Shown here: piece by piece, positions 1-12,398 of the stretch
Numbering within the stretch: the first letter of the stretch is position 1
How the letters are laid out: every line of letters begins with the position of its first letter
NCBI GenBank assembly: GCA_032718475.1
Contig: JAUCBJ010003467.1
Span: 62,325 to 126,324 of the forward strand
DNA length: 64,000 nucleotides
Reading direction: 5' to 3'
DNA from: Nemertoderma westbladi
Lineage: Eukaryota; Animalia; Xenacoelomorpha
The notes under the pieces: model-generated
Told to the model about the DNA's origin: nothing
What the model saw: the letters and a program-made list of their open reading frames with translations, nothing else
Database searches by the model: none
Translations under genes and position numbers: made by a program

Positions 1-39
1 CGTGAAATGTATATGACAAATAGAGTCCTAAAAAAGAAA

Positions 40-580
40 TTAAAACGAATAAGTTGGTCCTTCTCCCTGTCCCAAAGAAGTGTAACCTATCCCTCTATGA
101 GTCTTTTCGGGGAATTGATCTCGATTGCTGCAAAGCTATACAACCAAAAGAGAAAGAAATACACCTGGCTGTTATTCTGGCTCAGTCTGCCCATGTTCAG
201 CGTATTTACAGCATATTAGATCCGTGAGGAAATTATTGAAGCAAACAGATAAGTGATCTGTACAGATCAGTGATCTGTACAGATCAGTGATCTGTACAGT
301 CATACAAGTAACGAACATCAGTTACGATGGTTCAGTGACGACAGATAACTATAACTACGATTTTTTCCACCACATTTGTGTCTACTGCTGATGGTGACAC
401 AGATAACTACGATTTTTTCCACCACATTTGTGTCTACTGCTGATGGTGACACAGATAACTACGATTTTTTCCACCACATTTGTGTCTACTTCTGATGGTG
501 ACACAGATCCATTCGACGAAGTCTTATCATGGGGAGTTCTTCAGGGTGACACACTTGCATTCTTGTTCATAAAGTTGTGG
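40..580 (+). mobile_element. Decayed RTE-like LINE fragment (RT domain) with internal 17-bp and 52-bp tandem repeats
   Basis: Frameshifted RT-like peptides LLPVPKKCNLS, ISIAAKLYN and VSTADGDTDPF...GVLQGDTLA. A 52-bp unit (gatttttt ccaccacatttgtgtctactgctgatggtgacacagata...) occurs x3 at ~345-510 and gtgatctgtacagatca x3 at ~253-300. Confidence 0.65.
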
Positions 581-1154
581 TTTTCAAAATAGGATCTGGT
601 TAGATTAATTTATTGGTTGGGGTTCCCGGTTAGTTGGTCAGGCCTCAACCATAGCCGCTCAACCATAGGCGCCCAACCATAGGTGCTCAGCCATAATCCC
701 AGAAATATTAGCGGAATTTTGGAGATTATTTCCAGAGGCCAAGGCCATGGCAGTTAATTATAACTTATCTTCAGATTGTTGATATAATTTACCAATGGCA
801 GGTTTATTAGGGTTGAGACCTTACCGCAGCTAACCCTAACCAAAACACTAAACCAAAGTACTATACATTACAAAACAGCGGGAAAATGTATAAAAATCAG
901 ACAGTCTAGAATTCGTCATACGTAAAAACTGACATCGGAAATGGAATCACCGACCAAGAAAACTCGCTTAATGAAAATGTTAAGTTCATGGTCATGGTTT
1001 ATGACAAACAAAACTGACAGACGGACAAACAAACAAACAGACAGACTGTCTAGATTTCTTAAAAACTGACATCGGAAATGGGGCCATCAACCAAAAAACC
1101 CCTATATAGCGCAAATCGTTGGTTGTTGGTATCATGACCTACTACAGTATAGTC

Positions 1155-1232
1155 GTCGCTGTGTCCGAGTGGATACAGCGCCTGAACTGCTTACACAATA
1201 GGGTATGGTGGCGCGGGTTCGAATCCGACTTA
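1155..1232 (+). repeat. tRNA-derived SINE head or tRNA pseudogene
   Basis: Pol III A-box TGTCCGAGTGG (1162-1172) and B-box GGTTCGAATCC (1216-1226). The acceptor stem does not pair. Confidence 0.55.
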
Positions 1233-1919
1233 ATGTTTCACCTTTGAACCCCATGTGCGGCACCGGCACACTGGCGCCTCAAGCATTTATAACATAATTA
1301 TTGGCTAAATTGTAATTAAATTTCATGTGATTTAATTTTAAAGTACCTTCAAACCAATAAGAATTCCTTCATTCAAGCAATATTAAATTAACACCAGTTT
1401 TTCCTGCGCAACACGAATATTAACTCCGTCCCAATAGGGTATAACAAAGATATAAGAGGTTTTAAATAAAGACGGCACCCTATGCCGCCCTAAGGGTCAG
1501 GGTAAAATATGTAAAGGCGGCACTCTGCCGCCCGCCTCCCTGAGGGTTGAGTTATAATTATATGAAGGCGGCACACTGTGCCGCCTTAATGAATATGGTC
1601 CACAATTATTTCTAATGAAAAAGCAATATGAATGAATAGGCGGCAGTTTGTCTCCTATTTAAGTGTTATTGCTGTTGGTATGCAAAGGGTTAAACTGTCA
1701 TGCCAAGATTTGACAAGAATCATATAATACTAACAAGAATTAACAAAGTCTCAAATCACACCAACGCAACGCAATGCAAGCCAATCCAAGTCACTCAATA
1801 ACCTCCTCCAAGACCCACAAAGTCTTGGTGACTCTTCCAGACAAGACAACGCCCACCAATAATTACCAAGAACTCAATGCATTCAAACCGCAATTATTGG
1901 CAATAGAGTTGAATGAATG

Positions 1920-2060
1920 TTCAGCATATGAGATTCCTGGGGAAATTATTGCAGCTTTAAGATCACTGTACGATGGTAGGGTGACACACTTGCACCATTC
2001 TTATTAGTAATTGTGGTTGATTATGTTCTACGGATGTCCTTAGACCATCTTAATAAAGAG
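1920..2060 (+). mobile_element. RTE-like LINE RT fragment
   Basis: AYEIPGEIIAALRSLYDG followed by GDTLAPFLLVIVVDYVLRMSLD in another frame; same family as 40-580. Confidence 0.55.
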
Positions 2061-2334
2061 GGGGTGATGGTGGGGGTTACCATCACCCCATCTTTTTTAA
2101 GATGGTTTAAGACATTCTGCATGCATCTGTGCATTGCAATTGCACCAAAATAAATACTGATACTGGTAGGGTGGTAGGCCCTACTTATACATATTCAGAT
2201 ATTATATACATTTTGTTTTTCGCAATTGCTGACAAGTTACGCATTTGCGTTTTAACAGTTTAAGGCGGGAATAAAATATAAATAAAACAGAATTAGATTG
2301 TCTGTCTGTCAGTACCGGTAGCGGTAATTTAGTA

Positions 2335-3235
2335 CCGGTGTAACAGGAAAATATGCCCCCCCGGGAAATGTGCCCGGGGGGGCATATTTTCCTAGGAAAA
2401 AATGCCCCCCCCTTAGGAAATTATGCCCCCCCTGAATTATACAATAAACAAAACTTATTACTACTAAAACTTACAAAAATTATACAAAACAATAAACAGT
2501 CACTTTACCAAATGAAGGAAAGGAGCAGGTTACAGAGGCAGGCCATTCTAACCTAAACAATAAACGATCATTTAACTAATTGAGGGAAAGGAGCAGGTTA
2601 CAGAGGCGGGATTTTCTAACCAAAACAATAAACAGTCACTTTAGCAAATCAGGGAAAGGAGCAGGTTACAGAGACGGGATTTTCTAACCAAAACAATAAA
2701 CGATAACATTACCAATTGAGAGAAAGGAGCAGGTTACATAGGCGGGATTTTCTAACCAAAACAATAAACAAGCACTTTACCAAATCAGGGAAAGGAGCAG
2801 GTTACAGACTTAAAAAAGCTTGGAGCTGCTCGGCGCCCACACAAACCACACTCGCACTGCAGCACTGCTGTTATACCAGTACTTACTACAGTACTACAAT
2901 AGCCTACTGACTTAGATACTTCAGTATGCTGTTCTACATCCCTTACTGCCTTACCTGCTTACCTACCGGCAGACTGGTACCGTACTATTCTTCCAACTAT
3001 TACAAGTTCTGCAGTTGGTAGATTAAAAGTGGCTACCAGCAGACCGGTATCGTACCAGTTTTCAGACTTTTGAGGGGGGCTAATTTTCCTGAGGGGAGGC
3101 ATTATTTCCTAAGGAGAAAATGCCCCCCCCGGGCTAAATTTCCTAGGAAAAATTGCCCGGGGGGGACATAATATCCTAGGAAATAATGCCCCGGGGGGCA
3201 GATTCTAGGGGGGGCTGATTTCCTTGTGACACCGG
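2335..3235. mobile_element. Non-autonomous TIR element (MITE) with CCGGTGT termini, TA target duplication and an internal ~68-bp tandem array
   Basis: ta|ccggtgtaaca...tgtgacaccgg|ta. Subterminal inverted cctaggaaa/gccccccc blocks at both ends. About 5 copies of aggagcaggttacagaggcgggattttctaaccaaaacaataaac at ~2490-2810. Confidence 0.7.
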
Positions 3236-4550
3236 TACTGTTCTAAAATAGCGGTACAGACCAGGCAGACAGACGTAGTACGTAGTATAGTCCTGTAGTC
3301 TGATACGGTAGTACCTGAGTACAGTCTGACAGTTGTACCGCTTCCGGCTACCGCATTAGTCAGTTAGTGTCAGGTCAGGTAGTCAGGGTGTGTGTGTGTC
3401 AGTTGTCAGTGTGTGAGTTGTGTGTGTGTGTGACTAATAGCTGAACATGAGAACAGCTGAATTCAGGAATAGGTAGATAGGCACCCTCCTGACCAGCTGA
3501 CGGACCAGTACCGGCAGACCGGTATACAGACTGATAGAACAGGTAGGCCTATACAACAGTAGGGTGGTCCAAAAAACTTTTTTTCATTCTGTCGATTTCC
3601 TCTTTGGTCAGTTGGTGTTTAATCATACTGTCATAAGAACAACGCAACACAACCTCATCAACCTTAACACCAACAGCTCTACATCTGTACATGCTGCTCC
3701 AACCACAAGCGAGTTCATCAGTTCATTTCAGTGATAAAATCTTGTCCTTGTCAGCTTATCCAGCTGTCCAGAGTTGATGTTAGGGCTGTACAGCTGTAGG
3801 GTGTGTTTGAGAATACGCTTTCTCTTTACTTTATAGCAAGTGAACGCAAAATGCTGAAATGTATGGTTCAGTTCAGAGGTAGGCCTACAAAGTCATCATT
3901 TGTTATAACTTAACTAAGTGATGATTCGGACAGTGTCATTGCTTCACTTATTTGTTGCTTCACTTATTTGTTGCTTCTCAATCTGGCTGTCTGGGCTTTT
4001 TTTCTTCTTCTTGTAGTGCAGTTAGTGTTTTTTTCTCTGCCCTCTTAATCAGTTAATGATTGTATCTTATTTTTCTCTTGCAATATTTATAGCCCCTTTC
4101 ACCTTTTTAGCAGTTGCTCGATCTACTCCTGCCATTGTCTGCTTCCGGGAAGATCTCTGACTGTCTGATCAAACAGAAAGATAAATCTTCAGCTGCTGCA
4201 TTGTCACCTTGTCGACCCTGTAATACTGTAATATCCTCTGCCTCTCAGCATCTTTGCAGGACAGCAGGATAAACCTACATCAAAAGATCAGCAAGTGACT
4301 TTGTAAACACTTTAACAGCATCTTGATCAGCAGCTTTCCCTTTCATATTATACTTTCCAACTTTCACATACTTCAGTACTTTGCATTGCATGCATTCGCA
4401 CAATTTATTACGGTAAATAATGGAATCTGTTGCTATGGTTGGAATGCCACCCTTGCTGTCTGGCATCTAGGTCCACAATTCTTCGATTTCACCCCCCCCC
4501 CCCCCCCCCCCCCCCCCTCCAGATTTTTCTACAAATCTTTATCATATCAG

Positions 4551-5024
4551 CATATTGCTTGAAATTTGAAACACAACTAGTTCCACTCACCGTCGATGAC
4601 CCCATGAAGCCGGAATTTTCGATTTTGCCTTTAAATTTTTTTATAAGCGTTTTAAAGTGTCATTTGCGAAATCGCACCCTCAGTATCGTGGCCATTCTTC
4701 GCATTAGTCGTAACTTTTTCATATCATTAAAAAGCTCGCGTTGCAAGGATTCCAAATATGTAACAATATCTGAATTTCATTGAGAAACGGCTGACAGGCT
4801 GAGATCAGGAGATATAGGCGTTCAATGATTGCAAGAATTAACGTTCGCTAGATGCCATTTATTCTATTTAATAAATACACTATGTTCTGGAACATTTTGT
4901 TTAAGTATGATTTAAATCGCTTATAAAAAAAATTTAAAGGCAAAATCGAAAATTCGGCTTCATGGGGTTATCGATCTGTCGATGGTGAGTGGAACTAGTT
5001 GTGTTTCAAATTTCAAGCAATATG
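4551..5024. mobile_element. Foldback/MITE with ~100-bp inverted arms
   Basis: catattgcttgaaatttgaaacacaactagttccactcac... (4551) is the reverse complement of ...gtgagtggaactagttgtgtttcaaatttcaagcaatatg (5024). An outer inverted pair lies at ~4510-4547 / ~6507-6544. Confidence 0.65.
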
Positions 5025-5914
5025 GCTCGCGCTGAATTTTTACAACTGCAGTATTACTGGCAGCTGTTATTTATTGTACCGGTTCACCAGTAGTGGTGTA
5101 CGTACGGTACGTATACAGGTGTATAAACACGACTTTTTGTTGTTTTGTTGAATTGCGGATGCCTTGCTGCCTTGCGATAATTAGAAGTATCATTTTTAGT
5201 GTATTTGTCAATATCGCATCAAGGTGCTAATGTTGACTTGTGCCGGACTTCACATTATCTGCAATAATGCACTATTCGCTCTATGCTTGTTTTGAAGGTG
5301 TCTACACCAACTAAACCTCATTGCGGTTCTAATGAGTTTCAAGTTTGTATAATAGTAATCATATGATATGAAATTGCACTTGTTCGTCACCTAACGACGA
5401 TTTATTATGGGGGTAGTGACTGTTTGCAATGGCAATGCCAGTCGAGGCCAACAGCCACCCCCTATGCACTGTAAATATAATTAAAGAAATTAGTATTATA
5501 GTAATGCTGTAAATCCGAGTAGCAGAATGAACAAGTTTTGTCTAAATAATTTTTTTTTATTTGTGTATTTCTCGTTTCAGTCATTTCCTTAAATTATTTG
5601 TTTCTAAAAATATCCTAGTTCCAAACTCTGCCATGCCTATAGATAATTAAGAAAAAAAAAAAATAATAATAAACATTACTAAGTGCCAAAAAATAAATTC
5701 AAAATGAAAATAACGCTGGTATTTAATTTTTCATTGTCGTATAGAAAGTAACTTAATTTTTTATTTAATCCATTATATATATATCCGTATTATTATTAGT
5801 TATATATATATTATTTCAACATTTTCGTATTATTTTATAAATTTTTTTTCCAATATTTTATTTATTAATTCAACAGTCGTATTAATCAGAGTTAATATGA
5901 ATGAAAATTCCTGA

Positions 5915-6242
5915 TTAATTGGGATACATTCCTTCGACCTCGAAAGAGTTACTAATATGCGTGGAGTTTAGCGATTTGGACGCTCGGGATGCGTTGATGG
6001 ATTCCTCGATAACCGATTCATCGATATCCGTGACAAACTGCGATTCGGAATCTCTAATCTCGTTATTCCCGTCCATCGCTGCAGTATCGTAGTGTTCAGC
6101 GGTCCCACCTTTTTTTTTTTCCTTTGGCTAGTCTCCTTTGCGACGCGCGAAGGGCGGTAGGTCCAGCTTCAACAGGTTCTTTGGAATCTCGACGAGATAC
6201 GTTTCTCTGCTGGATTTCTGTCAGGGTTGAAGACTCATTAAT
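5915..6242 (-). CDS. Putative short gene or terminal exon, unknown product
   Basis: GC-richer island reading NESSTLTEIQQRNVSRRDSKEPVEAGPTALRASQRRLAKGKKK, then a frame break in an A11 run (6110-6120), then GGTAEHYDTAAMDGNNEIRDSESQF...EGMYPN*. AATAAA lies downstream at ~5860. Confidence 0.35.
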
Positions 6243-7426
6243 ATGAAATATTGATGATATGAAATATTAAAAAAAGCCATTACTGGTACTGGTAATAAAA
6301 TCTTTACAATTTTTGGGAAAATTTTTCCCGTCTTGTTTCCCCGAGGAAACCGGGAAATTTGAGAAAAATATCAGAGTCTTTTCATATATAGACAATGTAG
6401 AATTGAATATGTGAAAAATTATGTAAGTGTTTTCCCACTAGACAAGTGTTTTAGACACATCCATTTTTTAGTGTTTCAGTGCCCCCCAAACCGGAAATTC
6501 CCCAATATGATAAAGATTTGTAGAAAAATCTGGGGGGGGGGGGTCTGTGTCATCAGAAAATGACACTATATTACGGGACATGGTGTATATTACAGTATTA
6601 TATATAGATTGGCTTCCCAAATTATTAATAAACACCAAACACAATATATAGGCCTAACAAATATGCCTAATAAATAATAAGCAATAAGCTGAAGGCATTC
6701 CAGAATTAGCGACCAGCAAGCAATAACAATTAAATTTTTTTTTATGTCTGACAACTTCTAGATTATTGCAAATATGTTATATAGTTTATTTATGGTATGC
6801 AGTAAAATTCATGTAATTTTGACCAGAACTAGTCCCATGACATATCACACCTCACTGCTTTGACGCCACACAATGTGGGCAATGTGGGGTGCGTGCTGGG
6901 ACTAGCTCTCATAACTTTGACTTGATTTTTTTTCTCCTATCAACTTTTTTTCAGTTTTGTTACATATTAAACACTGTCAGAATATCAAAATGAAAAAAGT
7001 TTTTTCGACCACCCTAGTATACAGGTAGGGCTATGAGTAAACCTAGTACCGGTACTGTACTGTCAGCTTATAAGTTTTTAAGTTGTACCGTACTGGTCTG
7101 ACCAGATAGCGGGGGAAACTGGACGCAATAAAAATTCATCCTTCTCCAGGGGAAATTCGACGCAAATAACAGCTGCTTACTTCAAAAATAAAACTGTAAC
7201 CTGTTCTATTGTATTTAGTTTATTGATTTGGTTAAAACAACGTGCAACTGTAACCTGCTCCTTTCCCTAAATTGAGAATTTAACATTGAGGCGGGATATT
7301 AATTCGCCAAGATGGGTTTGCGACCAGTCCAGTCCCCCCCCCCCCCCCCCCCCTGTCTCGGTCTGACAGAGATAGGCCCAATTCCAGATTCCATTAAGCA
7401 GTTAAGAAATACGATTATATTAAATA

Positions 7427-8362
7427 ATGGTTAAGCCACAAAATAATCATGGTCGTAAAGGTACCGGTACAGTTGGGACACCGGCCAGACAAAGTCCACC
7501 GGTACTCGGAGCTAACCAAAGCAGCGGCTATTCCACAACTGGACGCGCTAACATTCGACCTACAGCTCTTTTCCGGGAGGAAGATATGGACTCTGAGTCC
7601 ATCACATACCACCGTCCACGGAACAGACAACGCTCAGACGTGTTCTCACGCGTAACCACCGACGGAACTTCTCATCAAACCGTTCCTACACAGGGAACTT
7701 CTCGTCAGACTGTTCCTAACAAGGGAACATCTCGCCAGAAAGTTCCTAACAAGGGGAAATCTCGCCAAACCGTTCCTACCCAGGGAACTTCTCGCCAGAC
7801 TGTTCCTAACAAGGGAACATCTCGCCAGACTGTTCCTAACAAGGGAACATCTCGCCAGACTGTTCCTAACAAGGGAACATCTCGCCACACTGTTCCTAAT
7901 AAGGAAACATCTCGCCAGACCGTTCCTACCCAGGGAACATCTCGCCAGAACGTCCCCACCCAGGGAACATCTCACCAGACTGTTCCTACCCAGGGAACCA
8001 GCAGTTCTCAACCTCGGAAGTCATCCGACGGTCACGGAAGCGGCGGTAGGAAACAATCTCATCCAAAGAAACGCCTAACAATGCGAAAGCAAATTATATA
8101 TTTCCAAAGAACATCGCAATTATTAATCCCCAGACTTGCATTTCTACGGGTTGTTCGAGAAATATGCGGGGACTGCACCGGTGGGACTCCATTCATGTTC
8201 CAAGCATTGGCGATAGAGGCGTTGCGAGAAGCGAGCGAGGCATTTCTTGTTTATATGTTTCAGGATGCGCAACTTCTATCGACGCACGCTAAACGTGTTA
8301 CAGTTATGGTTCGAGATATTAAACTACTGAAACGTTTAAAAGAAGATCAATTTAACGTTTAA
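7427..8362 (+). CDS. CENPA: Centromeric histone H3 variant (CENP-A/CenH3-like), intronless, 311 aa
   Basis: C-terminal histone fold LLIPRLAFLRVVREIC...FQALAIEALREASEAFLVYMFQDAQLLSTHAKRVTVMVRDI. CenH3 hallmarks: H3 Q68 replaced (FLR), loop 1 two residues longer, H3 T107 replaced by A, and a long unrelated N-tail. AATAAA at 8388. Confidence 0.8.
   Translation: MVKPQNNHGRKGTGTVGTPARQSPPVLGANQSSGYSTTGRANIRPTALFREEDMDSESITYHRPRNRQRSDVFSRVTTDGTSHQTVPTQGTSRQTVPNKGTSRQKVPNKGKSRQTVPTQGTSRQTVPNKGTSRQTVPNKGTSRQTVPNKGTSRHTVPNKETSRQTVPTQGTSRQNVPTQGTSHQTVPTQGTSSSQPRKSSDGHGSGGRKQSHPKKRLTMRKQIIYFQRTSQLLIPRLAFLRVVREICGDCTGGTPFMFQALAIEALREASEAFLVYMFQDAQLLSTHAKRVTVMVRDIKLLKRLKEDQFNV
7664..7993 (+). repeat. Coding minisatellite, 11 x 30 bp (GTSRQTVP[NK/TQ])
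   Basis: Direct reading of the repeat units inside the CenH3-like ORF. Confidence 0.95.
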
Positions 8363-8821
8363 AAGAAGATCAATTTGCGTAATTAACAATAAATCTAATC
8401 TTAATCTAATATTAATTGTAGTTACCCATATATCATGTTCTCATGAGCCCGCTTTGAATCTTGTGTGACATGATTATTGTTTGTACCGTCGTTGTCTGGC
8501 TGTAAATAGTCTTACCATCTTATACATAGAACTCCGCTTCTCTGAACAGATTCCTATTTTTTGTTGATTTCATATTTTAATTTTTTCAGTATTTTAATAA
8601 TGGTACACAGTTTTAGTTATATATTCATATTCAAGCTTATCATAATTCATAATGAAGGATCACTATATTTTGCATGAGTTTTTTTAATTTCTCATACATT
8701 TTCTTGTTTTACTGTTTACTTTACATTTTCGTGTTTTCGTATTTACTGCGTTTTTTTACATATTTTCCAACTTCACTACAAGGAATATAATGCCGTAATT
8801 CAGTGATACGACCATGACGCC

Positions 8822-8852
<31 letters not shown>

Positions 8853-10004
8853 ATTATAAATATGATATATGCCAAGGTTTCAAATGTTCGATTTTATTAA
8901 ATTGATTAAAAAATATTCAAGAAATGCAGAATTGGTTGTGAAATATCTAAGATACGGGCATTCTAACGTTGTATGGTTTTGAATAATAAATAAACAATTC
9001 TAGAATTTTATTTATCTCATAAGATCCGGCTGGCGGTTCCTGTCTCTGACTACCCGACGTATCACGTCGTGTTGCGACACTATATTTCTGGACATGGTAT
9101 CCTCCTAGTGTGTGTCTGCATAACTATAATGCTTGGTTGATACATTACGGTATATTATAAGTACGTACATGTTGGTACAATATGTTCCTGGAGAAAATAA
9201 TTGAACGTTTAAACTTTTTTAATATTAGAATATTTTCAACAAGTGCAATATTGAATTGAAAAAAACAGTGTCTCCATCACTATTATTGCACCAGTTGCAC
9301 CGCAGTTATTCCGTGACCGCATGCTTACGAAAATAATGGTTTGGTGGTTTCGATAGAAAGCTGCTGGAATATGGATTACAAGTCTGTTTAAACAATGGAA
9401 ATTGGATGCTAAATGGCTGAGATATGGGCTGTCGAAGGATTCATGTTTTTAGCTATTTATAATAACTGCCAAAGAACTTTTTAATAATTAATATTTAGGA
9501 AATCTATGTATGGCATTCAATCTTTAATATCTCCGCATAAGGTGATGGAATCTAAATTCAACCCAAACCAGGGAGGAGAAAACCGACGCAATTAACATCT
9601 GTTTGCGAGTAAAATTTAAACTGTAATCTGTGCTATTGTGATTTACATCAGCATTACACAAGATTACAAGAGCTGTTGTATTGTAAAGAATTGGATATCA
9701 TTAGCTTATTCGAAATATTAATATTATTGGATATTTATTGTAATTGAAACTCGAATAGTGTAGAATAATTTTGCAAAATTATTTTACTGTTTAAAATTTA
9801 CTGTTTAATACAGGGATAACCTCCCTGTTATCCTCCAATGTCACCATAATTATAATTATATTATACTTGTTATGTTATAATTACTTATTATTTTTGTGCA
9901 TTAAAAACTGTAAATTGAAAAATGTTGGTAGTTTCTTTATTGTCACGTATTCCGTCTTCCATATTTTGGGAATTATTGGTCACAGTGAATAGTTATGAAT
10001 TATT

Positions 10005-10240
10005 AAAGTTATTATTATTAGCACTAGTTGTTAATAGTTGTTATTATTAGAGTTATTATTATTAGCACTAGTTGTTAATAGTTGTTATTATTATAAAGTT
10101 ATTAATATTAGCACTAGTTGTTAATAGTTGTTATTATTATAAAGTTATTAATATTAGCACTAGTTGTTAATAGTTGTTATTATTATAGAGTTATTATTAT
10201 TAGCACTAGTTGTTAATAGTTGTATTATTAGAGTTATTAA
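10005..10240. repeat. AT-rich minisatellite (~42-45 bp, ~5 copies)
   Basis: Repeated agttattattattagcactagttgttaatagttgttattatta. Confidence 0.85.
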
Positions 10241-10689
10241 AGTTATGTTTATTACTGAAGACCGTTTTAATGTTTTGTAATCAGCGGAAGTGGTGGACTG
10301 GTGTGTCCATACCATTATTGAACACGACTGAATACGGCACTCGATGGGCTATTCCCCAAAGAAGTATAATTAAACTTTTGAATAAACTAACACATGGCAC
10401 CGTTTTTAATTCATACATATTACATAGTTAACTCCGAGTAATTAACTTTTGTGCTAAAACAAATTTAGAATCTAAAAAGTCGTTTCCTGAAAAATGTTTT
10501 TTTTTAACTTAGTCCCTTAAATGACAGGGTCAATGTATAAAATATTATCAATACCCCCCATGTACAACTACGACCTGCTTTTATGCTCAGAATGCATTCC
10601 GTAAAGGTCGTGGGACCATGTGGCTTTCGATTCAGTTTCACGACCACGTATGTTGGTATGTTTAGCAATTAGATTACTTGCATTCTATA

Positions 10690-10925
10690 GGATTCCTGAG
10701 GACATTATTACGGCAAATCAATCAGATCGGTATACGATGGTTCGACGACATTTTTCTAGCACAAATCCAAAGCAGAACCTAAGTCTCATCTAGCTTGGCA
10801 CTTGCACGGAACCACCTCCGCTTTGCAGGACATTGCTTTCGCCGTGAGGACCAGCCAGTCTATATAATCTTGTGCTTTGGCAGCCTCATGGAGTGAATAA
10901 GCATGGTGGACAGACCATGACTATT
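10690..10925 (+). mobile_element. RTE-like LINE 3' fragment
   Basis: Encodes RFAGHCFRREDQPV...WQPHG; related copies at 42405-42556 and 56135-56350. Confidence 0.6.
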
Positions 10926-10988
10926 ATATTAAATTATATATATTAAAGTATAGGTTTGTGGGATTAAATGTGTATCTTTTACTTTCAG

Positions 10989-11100
10989 GGAAAAGTATAA
11001 AAATCAACTGGAGCAGAATATACTATGTAGGATCACAGATTTCGAAGACGATTTTACAAATTTATTGAAGAAAGCGGAATCTTCACATGTTTCGCACAAG
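10989..11100 (+). CDS. Putative internal coding exon of an unidentified host gene
   Basis: Strong acceptor tcttttactttcag|G and donor AAG|gtatgt. Open 112-nt frame (x)EKYKNQLEQNILCRITDFEDDFTNLLKKAESSHVSHK ending in phase 0. Confidence 0.55.
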
Positions 11101-11159
11101 GTATGTTTTAGTTTTAGTGGTGCGACGGGAATAACGGGATCCACAATTTTCGGGATTTG

Positions 11160-12320
11160 TGTTCGCGCTTTCAGACCTTTAGCAGTTTAACCTGCCAAAT
11201 TTAGATGTCTTCTAGATTATAAATCGACTTTAGCCTATGACGAGTATTTGATACACTACATTAGCCGAAGCCAGTCTATGCGCGACCATTCACCCGCTGG
11301 ATATACCCGGGAGACTGGATTCGGAAGCTTTGACCTTATTGCGGTGTAGGCCTACTGTATTATTCGACTGATCGTTAATATATAATCTCTGACCAATAAT
11401 ATTCACTTTCGGGAAATATTAACAGTTCCTTTAGGACGTGGCGCTCTAATTATGTATACAGAGTTATGACTTACACTAGACACAACGGGATGGCTATGGA
11501 TTCACGTATAAAGCGCATTCTTTAGGAGATGCTTTGTTATCAGTCACAATCAGGCACACTACCGCACAATACTGCACACCGATCTGCCGACCTTCACTAA
11601 TTTTAGTCACATATAAAGAGAACAGCAACCGACTCATGTAGTGCCTATGAAATAGCATTAGATTCACTCCAAAACCAATATAATGTAAGTCGCAATTGTT
11701 ATATGTAACCGGTCTCTTACCTTCAGTATATCAAGAAGATTGGGGATTTTATAATTATTTATCGATATTATCCAAATATAATAATATTCCATCAACTGAT
11801 ATAATTAATAACCAACAGTAAATAGCAGTAAAAATGCGGTGTGGTATGTTGGATTGGATTGATTGATTAGTTTGATAACAGATATACGTTTCTATGATCA
11901 AGCCTACTAATGTTTGGCTAAAGCCTGAAAACACAGAAATTCCAAAGCTGGTCTTCTGGCATCAGGAAAAAAGGTAAACATTGACCCATAATGCATTGCG
12001 CGATTTCCCGGAGGTTTCTGTACAAAAAACAGGAGAATCGCTCTGATTGGTTGTCCGAACAAAGGAACAAAGAAAAAGCTACACGTGTACATATCAGCTG
12101 TTAGCTGTCGTCATAGTAACTACACTGTGTCAAGAGGATTTTAGCGTATTGCGACATAAAATTGCTAGTTATGTCCGCTAAAGTACACATACAGAAGAAA
12201 TGGCTTTTTATGTCCACTAAAACACTGGTACAGTAAGGAAACGGATTTTTATGTCCGTTAAACCAACTACAGAGTACTTTGCGGGGAAAATAACCAGCTA
12301 ATTCCGCAAAAGCTTTTACA
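11160..12320 (-). repeat. 3' LTR of the BEL/Pao element
   Basis: tgttcgcgct...gcttttaca; differs from 26275-27435 by roughly a dozen substitutions (by eye). Confidence 0.95.
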
Positions 12321-12398
12321 CCGCTCCCAGAAAATGGGATTTAATTCTATAAAATATAAAAAATCACAGTTTCTAAAATATAAAAATACTCTAAACAG

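Larger units (their letters stand above)
3560..7016 (-). mobile_element. Decayed hATm-like DNA transposon with nested insertions
   Basis: TIRs tagggtggtccaaaaaactttttt (3560) and aaaaaagttttttcgaccacccta (to 7016). Degenerate minus-strand peptides at ~4100-4466 (KGGIPTI, RKQTMAGVDR) resemble the N-terminus of the intact transposase at 28836 (RASIPTM, RRMAIGGVD). No clean TSD. Confidence 0.55.

Noticed and set aside
828-842. Telomeric repeat (ctaaccctaacc)
   Set aside because: Only two units, embedded in a dispersed repeat.
1155-1232. Functional tRNA gene (also 60629-60710)
   Set aside because: A and B boxes are present but there is no paired acceptor stem or cloverleaf.
9024-10431. Upstream exons for the 10989 exon (9024-9160, 10284-10362)
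   Set aside because: Splice-like signals are present, but in-frame stops or a phase mismatch prevent a consistent model.
11907-12092. 61-aa ORF (also 27022-27207, 27216-27455)
   Set aside because: Short chance ORFs inside the LTRs.
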